Of a DNA stretch of 64,000 nucleotides, positions 36,501-48,500 are shown one piece after another. The DNA comes from Tubiluchus corallicola (taxonomy: Eukaryota; Animalia; Priapulida). Position numbers and translations under genes: made by a program. The DNA lies in contig JAQGDQ010000693.1 of assembly GCA_030141605.1 (NCBI GenBank), forward strand, positions 1-64,000, in the 5' to 3' direction. A model generated the notes under the pieces. That model worked only from the letters and a program-made list of their open reading frames with translations, had not been told where the DNA came from and ran no database searches. Position 1 is the stretch's first letter. Every line of letters starts with the position of its first letter.

Positions 36501-39500
36501 ATTTGTCCAGGAAACAGGTCTTATTCAGTCTAGCATAGCAGAGGCAGAGCCTGTTTGTTGCGTGGACGAAGTAAAAAAACCAGCTGAAACTATTATTAAT
36601 TTTCCAGAAGAAACAGACTTTGATGAACTTCAGCTTCAAATATCTAATATGAAAGCTCAGCTGCAGAAAATTATGGGTCAAACAAATAACTTAGATCAAG
36701 AACAACAACTTGAACGGTGTAAACCAGAGCCAGAGTTTGATAACGAAGTCGAACAATTCAGTATCCATGAAGCACAACGTGATTTCGAAGGCGAGCTCAG
36801 TCATTTTGATGAACCAACTCCTAGTGCCACAGTAGAATTAGCACTTAGTGATAACATACATCCGGAGACTCGGGCTGACGAGTCAGAAGACGAGCTTTAT
36901 ATGCAAGTTCTAGAATTAAGACAGAGACTTAAAAACCTAGCAGAAACTAACCAGGAACAAGAGAGTCAGCAAACTGATGTCATTCACGCACTTGATGAAC
37001 GGCAACAGGTTTGGCAAATAGATCATCAAAAACAGCCTCAATTAGACAGGAACAGTGAACCGTTTTCAGAAGCTGAAGCTGAAGCTGATACACAGATGTC
37101 AACTCCTGAAACTGAGCAGCAACTTTCTGAGATGAAACTGGATCTTGTCAAGCTAATCAAAGGTGCTGGTCTAGGAAAGTCAGCTATATTGGAAACATTT
37201 TGCGAAAACATTGATAGTAGATCCGATGAAGGCCTATTAACAAGTAATTTTGAAGACAATGATGAAGTTGAAGATACAGATGATGAAGATGACTTGCAGA
37301 CCAGAATTAATGAAACAAAGTTGCAATTGCAAATGCTTATGACTAAAATAGCAAGTGAAGAAGTTGATAAAAATGATGATTTGGCTGAGTCTGAGCTTCC
37401 AGTTGTAGGAGATCTATACATTGGCGCGAGTGATGCACAGTATGATATGGAACAACAAGTAGCTCCTACAGAAGTGCCTGTCAATACCAATCTGGTAAAT
37501 ATAGCACTGCCTGTTAACACTTCTGTATTTTCATTTTCAATTATTTATACAACAATCATGTTTTGTTTTTTTAGATTAATTTTTTTTGTCAATCATTAAA
37601 TTTCAATCATTTAATTTATTTACATGAATATAAGTAGCTGCTTTTTTATGCATTTTGCACCAGACTGCAAATGCAAATCTACTGAGTGTGTATCATTCAA
37701 TATGGATCAATATGGTCTGAGCTTGAACCGTAATGGTTCAATAAATCTTTTGGCATCAAAAGTAACTGAAAATTAACCAAATTTGTCAACTTTTATTTTT
37801 AGTACACATTTTGCAAATTATTTAAAAAAGGTACAGCGTATGCTGTCCACTGGTTGCCGCTCACGAGTTATCATATTAAGTCCTGATTACGATTGAACAG
37901 AAAACAGTCTCAATCCTGACTGGCTTAAATAGCTGATCTTGAGTGAAACAATTCTCAGTCTTTGCAAGATTTGCTGATGGGAGTTAGGTATAAATATCAC
38001 AAATCTGAACACAGATTACTGGAGACACATCAGTCTGACCTTCTCGTTAACATTTTTTACACTATAGGAAAAAAGTGCTACATGCCACATTTTCAAAATT
38101 TTTACCAATTACTAAAGTGCAATTGTACTAAAAGCTAGAGTGTTTTGCTTTACTAGGTTTCCAATTTTAGTTCATAAGTTTTGTCTATTGCACAAGTTCG
38201 TTAATGGCGTCTAAAAAAATAGACATTGCATTTTTATAGTGCTACTAACAATGTCACTGCGGAGCTTGGTACGTTTTATGCAAACAAGTGGTAAATTTCG
38301 ATTTAATATAAAATATTTTGTTGTTATAGAATGGCACTTCAACGACTGGAGAAGTTTCATTTGAAGGCGAGGTAAGTAGAGCTTTCAATAAACATGTAGC
38401 GTTATTAGTGTCACAGCTGCCTTCAGACTGGCTCACTCCATTATTCGATCACTCTAAACTATACATAAGTCTCTGGCATTTCAAACCTGCAACAGAGCGT
38501 AGAAACATGCAAATATTTTACAAGAGTTCAGCCATTTCTAAGGCCCTGAAAATTAAATACAAAATGTGTTGCAGTTTCACATTTTTTGATTGCACAATCA
38601 CACAGTTGCACTATGAAGAAATCTGTATTTAATATACTGGCCATCTCCTGGAGAATGTTGTTTCTTAATTTGAAATGTACTGCACTATATGCTGTAGCTG
38701 CAGTGTAGCAGTTTCTTAGCTGCAATTCTCTGAAGCATTATTATTGTCTTCTCTCGTGCATTTATATTTTTCTCGGCTCTTGCACAAGCTGTATATGAGT
38801 GATCAAACACACGCTAGAACACAGCACAGTCGTGTTAGACTTCTATGCTTATACTTTCAGCACATAGCTTTTCTTGCTATAATAATGCTGGTTGTGAATC
38901 TTTTGCTTTATCTTTTGCACTATATTATTGCTTTTAGTCGTTTTTCGGTTATATGGTGAAGGTTGCATGATTGTGCTTCTTATCCACGTGCGCTATCGTC
39001 GCAGATCTGTGAGAACCCCTGGCACTGATTTTCATTTTTCATTATGCTAGGCATCAGGGTAGATATGTGTCTGTGCTTTTAAAGAAATCAGACTCTCTAA
39101 GGGCCTGAGATAGGAGCCAAAATGACTAACACTGAGTAAGTCTAAAACTAGAGCAACTAGCATCATGAAATTTGCAGGGAAGACTCAAACAGCGATATGG
39201 TTTAAAAAGCTTAAAAAAAATTTAAGGGCTCGATATGGGAACCAAAGTGTGAAAATTAGGTCATCCATTTTTAATTTGTATTAACTCCTAAAGCAGGGAA
39301 CTAGAGTCTCGAAACTTGCACAAATTTTTCAAGGCCCTTCACCTGGGAGGAGGGCTTGACTGTAGTATGGTGAAAGTTGACCTCAGCTAAAAGGTCCTGG
39401 ACACTGGATCAGTCAATTTTTTATTACATGTACCATTTAACTCCACCTAGTGCTTTGAGTTAAGTTCAAAATTCTTGTCTTAGTTGTGTAGTAAAAAGCT

Positions 39501-42500
39501 GGGATTCTTTAAGGGCCAAGATAGGAGCCAAAATGTGTTACAGCTCAGTAACTCTAAAACGATAGTAACTACAGTCACGAAACTTACTGGGAAGACAGCT
39601 GGAGTCGGGATGTCAAACAAATGTGTAGTTAAATGAAAAGGCAGCATTCTTTAAGAGCCCGAAATGTGAAAATTAAGGCATCCAGTTTTGATTCACGTTA
39701 ACTCTCCAAGGGTAGACACTTGACCCATGTCAAATTTTTAAGGTATTGACGTATTGACATGAGTTAACCACACTCGACCAAATGTAGTTAGTTGTAAACA
39801 TGGTCACGGCGTTACGCTTGTGGATTTGGTTCTGTAGTCACTCAGTCTTGTCTATATTGTTTTATCTGTTTCTGTGGTGGTAGTAATATAATGATACTGG
39901 TTGCTACTCTTGAATGTTTTCATAAATTTTATATAATTTAATAGTAGTCTTTTGTTATGTCTATAAATTATTTTGGTGACAGTCCTTATTTAAAGCATGT
40001 ATTTATGTAAATCATCTGTTTAATGTTTATGTGGTTTTATTCAGTTTGGTGATGCTATGTGATTGGTTCTTTTTCTTATTCGTTTTGTTACTTCTTCTTC
40101 TTTCTAGCCCATTGTAGGATACGGAGCCATTGCGTTAACAGATCGTTCTCATACTGCTCTAACTACACAAATAAGTGATACTTATTTACCTGATTTCACA
40201 ACTGATGATAATTTACATGCAAAATTAGCTCACAACAATTTACAAATAAATCACCCTTCTACAGAAGAACATGCAATTAGTGCAGCACAAACCATAATTG
40301 AACAAGGAAAGCAAGCTGACACATTAGGTTTATCTGACATGCCGAAACAGATTGAATTACAATACAAAGAAGCACTTGAAATTTCTAAATCTGCTGATTC
40401 TGACAGAGAGCAACAACCAGAAATAGAACCTTCTACCTTGAAAAGTGACTTTGAAATTGTTAACATTGATGTTCAGCTTGAGGAACCATCGGAAATGGAA
40501 ACGCTACCTGCTAAGCTTCTTTCTGAAATAACACCAGATGATGTTGAACTTCATAAACCTACAAAAATAGAAGGTCAAGTTGATATCATGCTGCCTGAGC
40601 AACTTCCAAGAACAGACTTAGCTGCTGTTGAATTAGATCAAACTGTTCATCTTGGAATTAAGCAAGTATCCGATTTACAAATTGCTGAGATAGAAGGAGA
40701 TAAGTCTTTAGAAATCTGTGCTTTTGCTGAACATGTGGCACCATCAAAACCAAAGACAGCTTCAATTGATATTGAAATTCAGCAGCTGCCAGAATTAGAA
40801 GCTCCTAAGCCCTCAGAAATTGTTAGTATTAATGTTCAGCTCGAGAAGTCATCAGAAAAAGAAATGTTTCCTGCTGAGGTTAATATAGAGGCTCCACCTC
40901 AAATGACAGCAGAGGATATGGAGCGCTCCATAGAAATTGTTGGTACTGATGTTCACCTTGAAGAACCAGTAGAATCAGAAATGCATCCAACTGAACTTCA
41001 CATTGAGGTGCCTTCTGAAGTAACGTCAGTAGATATTGAGCCTAGCAAAATTACAGAAATAGAAACTGCTGAAATTGATATTGCACCTGAATATGAATTG
41101 GGAACAGAAATTGACATTGTTGATCTAGAGCAAGAGGTATCACCATCTCCTTCTGCTGTTGATCTTGAAATTGAGAAGCTGTCTGATTTACAAACTGCTG
41201 ACACTAAAAGTGACAAACTTCCAGAAGTTGTTGTTCTTGATGTTGAACTTATGAGGCCACCAGAATTAGAAGGTCCTAAGCCCACAGAAGCTGTTAGTAT
41301 TGATGTTCAACTAGAAAAGCCATCAGAACAAGACATGCTTCCTGCTGAGGTTAATATAGAGGCTCCACCTGGAATGACAGCAGATGATATTGAGCGTTCT
41401 ACAGAAATTGTTGGTACTGATATTCACCTTGAAGAACCAGCAGAATCAGAAATGCATCCAACTGAACTTCACATTGAGGTGCCTTCTGAAGTAACGTCAG
41501 TAGATATTGAGCCTAGCAAAATTACAGAAATAGAAACTGCTGAAATCGATATTGCACCTGAACATGAATTGGGAACAGAAATTGACATTGTTGATCTAGA
41601 GCAAGAGGTATCACCATATCCTTCTGCTGTTGATCTTGAAATTGAGAAGCTGCCTGATTTACAAACTGCTGACACTAAAAGTGAAAAACTTCCAGAAGTT
41701 GCTGTTCTTGGTGTTGAACTTATGAAGCCACCAGAATTAGAAGCTCCTAAGCCCACAGAAGCTGTTAGTATTGATGTTCAACTAGAAAAGCCGTCAGAAC
41801 AAGACATGCTTCCTGCTGAGGTTAATATAGAGGCTCCACCTGGAATGACAGCAGATGATATTGAGCTTTCTACAGAAATTGATGGTACTGATGTTCACCT
41901 TGAAAAACTAGTAGAATCAGAAATGCATCCAACTGAACTTCACATTGAGGTGCCTTCTGAGGTAACGACAGTAGATGTTGAGCTTAGCAAAATTACAGAA
42001 ATAGAAACTGCTGAAATCGATATTGCACCTGAACATGAATTGGGAACAGAAATTGACATTGTTGATCTAGAGCAAGAGGTATCACCATATCCTTCTGCTG
42101 TTGATCTTGAAATTGAGAAGCTGCCTGATTTACAAACTGCTGACACTAAAAGTGAAAAACTTCCAGAAGTTGCTGTTCTCGATGTTGAATTTATGAAGCC
42201 ACCAGAATTAGAAGCTCCTAAGCCCACAGAAGCTGTTAGTATTGATGTTCAACTAGAAAAGCCATCAGAACAAGACATGTTTCCTGCTGAGGTTAATATA
42301 GAGGCTCCACCTGGAATGACAGCAGAGGATATTGAGCGTTCTACAGAAATTGTTGGTACTGATGTTCACCTTGAAGAACCAGTAGAATCAGAAATGCAGT
42401 CAACTGAACTTCACATTGAGGTGCCTTCTGAAGTAACGTCAGTAGATATTGAGCCTAGCAAAATTACAGAAATAGAAACTGCTGAAATCGATATTGCACC

Positions 42501-45500
42501 TGAACATGAATTGGGAACAGAAATTGACATTGTTGATCTAGAACAAGTGGTATCGCCATATCCTTCCGCTGTTGATCTTGAAATTGAGAAGCTGCCTGAT
42601 TTACAAACTGCTGACACTAAAAGTGACAAACTTCCAGAAGTTGCTGTTCTTGATGTTGAATTTATGAAGCCACCAGAATTAGAGGCTCCTAAGCCCACAG
42701 AAGCTGTTAGTATTGATGTTCAACTAGAAAAGCCGTCAGAACAAGACATGTTTCCTGCTGAGGTTAATATAGAGGCTCCACTTGGAATGGCAGCAGATGA
42801 TATTGAGCGTTCTACAGAAATTGTTGGTACTGATGTTCACCTTGAAAAACCAGTAGAATCAGAAATGCATACAACTGAACTTCACATTGAGGTGCCTTCT
42901 GAAGTAATGTCAGTAGATATTGAGCCTAGCAAAATTACAGAAATAGAAACTGCTGAAATCGATATTGCACCTGAACATGAATTGGGAACAGAAATTGACA
43001 TTGTTGATCTAGAACAAGAGGTATCACCATATCCTTCTGCTGTTGATCTTGAAATTGAGAAGCTGCCTGATTTACAAACTGCTGACACTAAAAGTGACAA
43101 ACTTCCAGAAGTTGCTGTTCTTGATGTTGAACTTATGAAGCCACCAGAATTAGAAGCTCCTAAGCCCACAGAAGCTGTTAGTATTGATGTTCAACTAGAA
43201 AAGCCGTCAGAACAAGACATGCTTCCTGCTGAGGTTAATATAGAGGCTCCACCTGGAATGACAGCAGAGGATGTTGAGCATTCTACAGAAATTGTTGGTA
43301 CTGATGTTCACCTTGAAAAACCAGTAGAATCAGAAATGCATTCAACTGAACTTCACATTGAGGTGCCTTCTGAAGTAATGTCAGTAGATATTGAGCCTAG
43401 CAAAATTACAGAAATAGAAACTGCTGAAATCGATATTGCACCTGAACATGAATTGGGAACAGAAATTGACATTGTTGATCTAGAGCAAGAGGTATCACCA
43501 TATCCTTCTGCTGTTGATCTTGAAATTGAGAAGCTGCCTGATTTACAAACTGCTGACACTAAAAGTGACAAACTTCCAGAAGTTGCTGTTCTTGATGTTG
43601 AACTTATGAAGCCACCAGAATTAGAAGCTCCTAAGCCCACAGAAGCTGTTAGTATTGATGTTCAACTAGAAAAGCCGTCAGAACAAGACATGTTTCCTGC
43701 TGAGGTTAATATAGAGGCTCCATCTGAAACGACAGCAGAGGATATTGAGCGTTCTAGCAAAATTGTTGGTACTGATGTTCACCTTGAAGAACCAGTAGAA
43801 TCAGAAATGAAGTCAACTGAACTTCACATTGAGGTGCCTTCTGAAGTAACGTCAGTAGATATTGAGCTTAGCAAAATTACAGAAATAGAAACTGCTGAAA
43901 TCGATATTGCACCTGAACATGAATTGGGAACAGAAATCGATGCTGTTGACCTAGTCCACGAGATTGCTGACACAAAAAGTGACAAACTTCCAGAAATTGG
44001 TGTTCTTGATGTTGAACTCGTGAAGCCATCAGAATTAGAAGCTCCTAAGCCCACAGAAACTGTTAGTATTGATGTTCAGCTAGAAAAGCCATCAGGACAA
44101 GACGTGCTTCCTGCTGAGGTTAATATAGAGGCTCCATCTGAAACGACAGCAGATGATGTTGAGCGTTCTACAGAAATTCTTGGTACTGATGTTCACCTTG
44201 AAGAATCAGTAGAATCAGAAATGAAGTCAACTGAACTTCACATTGAGGTGCCTTCTGAAGTAACGTCTGTAGATATTGAGCCTAGCAAAATTACAGAAAT
44301 AGAAACTGCTGAAATCGATATTGCACCTGAACATGAATTGGGAACAGAAATTGACATTGTTGATCTAGAACAAGCGGTATCACCATATCCTTCCGCTGTT
44401 GATCTTGAAATTGAGAAGCTGCCTGATTTACAAACAGCTGACACTAAAAGTGACAAACTACCAGAAGTTGCTGTTCTTGATGCTGAACTTATGAAGCCAC
44501 CAGAATTAGAAGCTCCTAAGCCCACAGAATCTGTTAGTATCGATGTTCAACTAGAAAAGCCATCAGAACAAGTCATGTTTCCTGCTGAGGTTAATATAGA
44601 TGCTCCACCTGGAATGACAGCAGAGGATGTTGAGCGTACTACAGAAATTGTTGGTACTGATGTTCACCTTGAAGAATCAGTAGAATCACGTGAGGTCACT
44701 GAACTTCACATTGAGGTGCCTTCTGAAGTAACGTCAGTAGATATTGAGCTTAGCAAAATTACAGAAATAGAAACTGCTGAAATCGATATTGCACCTGAAC
44801 ATGAATTGGGAACAGAAATTGACATTGTTGATCTAGAGCAAGAGGTATCACCATATCCTTCTGCTGTTGATCTTGAAATTGAGAAGCTGCCTGATGTACA
44901 AACTGCTGACACTAAAAGTGACAAACTTCCAGAAGTTGCTGTTCTTGATGTTGAACTTATGAAGCCACCAGAATTAGAAGCTCCTAAGCCCACAGAAGCT
45001 GTTAGTATTGATGTTCAACTAGAAAAGCCGTCAGAACAAGACATGCTTCCTGCTGAGGTTAATATAGAGGCTCCACCTGGAATGACAGCAGAGGATGTTG
45101 AGCATACTACAGAAATTGTTGGTACTGATGTTCACCTTGAAGAATCAGTAGAATCAGAAATGAAGTCAACTGAACTTCACATTGAGGTGCCTTCTGAAGT
45201 AATGTCTGTAGATATTGAGCTTAGCAAAATTACAGAAATAGAAACTGCTGAAATCGATATTGCACCTGAACATGAATTGGGAACAGAAATTGACATTGTT
45301 GACCTAGTCCACGAGATTGCTGACACTAAAAGTGACAAACTTCCAGAAGTTGCTGTTCTTGATGCTGAACTTATGAAGCCACCAGAATTAAAAGCTCCTA
45401 AGCCCACAGAAGCTGTTAGTATTGATGTTCAACTAGAAAAGCCGTCAGAACAAGACATGTTTCCTGCTGAGGTTAATATAGAGGCTCCACCTGGAATGAC

Positions 45501-48500
45501 AGCAGAGGATGTTGAGCGTACTACAGAAATTGTTGGTACTGATGTTCACCTTGAAGAATCAGTAGAATCAGAAATTGAGTCGACTGAACTTCACATTGAG
45601 GTGCCTTCTGAAGTAATGTCAGTAGATATTGAGCTTAGCAAAATTACAGAAATAGAAACTGCTGAAATCGATATTGCACCTGAACATGAATTGGGAACAG
45701 AAATTGACATTGTTGATCTAGAGCAAGAGGTATCACCATATCCTTCTGCTGTTGATCTTGAAATTGAGAAGCTGCCTGATTTACAAACTGCTGACACTAA
45801 AAGTGACAAACTTCCAGAAGTTGCTGTTCTTGATGTTGAACTTATGAAGCCACCAGAATTAGAAGCTCCTAAGCCCACAGAAGCTGTTAGTATCGATGTT
45901 CAACTAGAAAAGCCGTCAGAACAAGACATGTTTCCTGCTGAGGTTAATATAGAGGCTCCACCTGGAATGACAGCAGAGGATGTTGAGCATACTACAGAAA
46001 TTGTTGGTACTGATGTTCACCTTGAAGAATCAGTAGAATCAGAAATGGAGTCAACTGAACTTCACATTGAGGTGCCTTCTGAAGTAACGTCAGTAGATAT
46101 TGAGCTTAGCAAAATTACAGAAATAGAAACTGCTGAAATCGATATTGCACCTGAACATGAATTGGGAACAGAAATTGACATTGTTGATCTAGAACAAGTG
46201 GTATCGCCATATCCTTCCGCTGTTGATCTTGAAATTGAGAAGCTGCCTGATTTACAAACTGCTGACACTAAAAGTGACAAACTTCCAGAAGTTGCTGTTC
46301 TTGATGTTGAATTTATGAAGCCACCAGAATTAGAGGCTCCTAAGCCCACAGAAGCTGTTAGTATTGATGTTCAACTAGAAAAGCCGTCAGAACAAGACAT
46401 GTTTCCTGCTGAGGTTAATATAGAGGCTCCACCTGGAATGACAGCAGAGGATGTTGAGCGTTCTACAGAAATTGTTGGTACTGATGTTCACCTTGAAGAA
46501 CCAGTAGAATCAGAAATGGAGTCAACTGAACTTCACATTGAGGTGCCTTCTGAAGTAATGTCAGTAGATATTGAGCCTAGCAAAATTACAGAAATAGAAA
46601 CTGCTGAAATCGATATTGCACCTGAACATGAATTGGGAACAGAAATTGACATTGTTGATCTAGAACAAGCGGTATCACCATATCCTTCCGCTGTTGATCT
46701 TGAAATTGAGAAGCTGCCTGATTTACAAACTGCTGACACTAAAAGTGACAAACTTCCAGAAGTTGCTGTTCTTGATGCTGAACTTATGAAGCCACCAGAA
46801 TTAGAAGCTCCTAAGCCCACAGAAGCTGTTAGTATCGATGTTCAACTAGAAAAGCCGTCAGAACAAGTCATGTTTCCTGCTGAGGTTAATATAGAGGCTC
46901 CACCTGGAATGACAGCAGAGGATGTTGAGCGTACTACAGAAATTGTTGGTACTGATGTTCACCTTGAAGAATCAGTAGAATCAGAAATTGAGTCGACTGA
47001 ACTTCACATTGAGGTGCCTTCTGAAGTAACGTCTGTAGATATTGAGCCTAGCAAAATTACAGAAATAGAAACTGCTGAAATTGATATTGCACCTGAACAT
47101 GAATTGGGAACAGAAATTGACATTGTTGATCTAGAACAAGCGGTATCACCATATCCTTCTGCTGTTGATCTTGAAATTGAGAAGCTGCCTGATTTACAAA
47201 CTGCTGACACTAAAAGTGACAAACTTCCAGAAGTTGCTGTTCTTGATGCTGAACTTATGAAGCCACCAGAATTAAAAGCTCCTAAGCCCACAGAAGCTGT
47301 TAGTATTGATGTTCAACTAGAAAAGCCGTCAGAACAAGTCATGTTTCCTGCTGAGGTTAATATAGAGGCTCCACCTGGAATGACAGCAGAGGATGTTGAG
47401 CGTACTACAGAAATTGTTGGTACTGATGTTCACCTTGAAGAATCAGTAGAATCAGAAATTGAGTCGACTGAACTTCACATTGAGGTGCCTTCTGAAGTAA
47501 TGTCAGTAGATTTTGAGCTTAGCAAAATTACAGAAATAGAAACTGCTGAAATCGATATTGCACCTGAACATGAAATGGGAACAGAAATTGATGCTGTTGA
47601 CCTAGTCCACGAGATTGCTGACACAAAAAGTGACAAACTTCCAGACGTTGCTGTTCTTGATGTTGAACTTGTGAAGCCATCAGAATATGAAGTTCCTAAG
47701 CTCACAGAAGCTGTTAGTATTGATGTTCAACTAGAAAAGCCATCAGAACAAGACATGCTTCCTGCTGAGGTTAATATAGAAGCTCCACCTGGAATGACAG
47801 CAGAGGATGTTGAGCGTTCTACAGAAATTGTTGGTACTGATGTTCACCTTGAAGAACCAGTAGAATCAGACATGCATCCAACTGAACTTCACATTGAGGT
47901 GCCTTCTGAAGTAACGTCAGTAGATATTGAGCCTAGCAAAATTGCAGAAATAGAAACTGCTGATATCAATATTGCACCTGAACATGAATTGGGAACAGAA
48001 ATTGACATTGTTGATCTAGAGCAAGAGGTATCACCATATCCTTCTGCTGCTGAGCTTGAAATTGAGAAGTTGCCTGATTTACAAACTGCTGACACTAAAA
48101 GTGACAAACTTCCAGAAGTTGCTGTTCTTGATGTTGAACTTATGAAGCCACCAGAATTAGAAGCTCCTAAGCTCACAGAAGCTGTTAGTATTGATGTTCA
48201 ACTAGAAAAGCCATCAGAACAAGACATGTTTCCTGCTGAGGTTAATATAGAGGCTCCACCTGGAATGACAGCAGAGGATGTTGAGCGTTCTACAGAAATT
48301 GTTGGTACTGATGTTCACCTTGAAGAACCAGTAGAATCAGAAATGCATCCAACTGAACTTCACATTGAGGTGCCTTCTGAAGTAACGTCAGTAGATATTG
48401 AGCCTAGCAAAATTACAGAAATAGAAACTGCTGAAATCGATATTGCACCTGAACATGAATTGGGAACAGAAATTGACATTGTTGATCTAGAGCAAGAGGT

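Noticed and set aside
35437-37599. Stand-alone 720-aa protein with signal peptide and C-terminal TM segment
   Set aside because: Both hydrophobic ends are T-rich intron sequence outside the AG (35508) and GT (37495) sites; the start codon is GTG.
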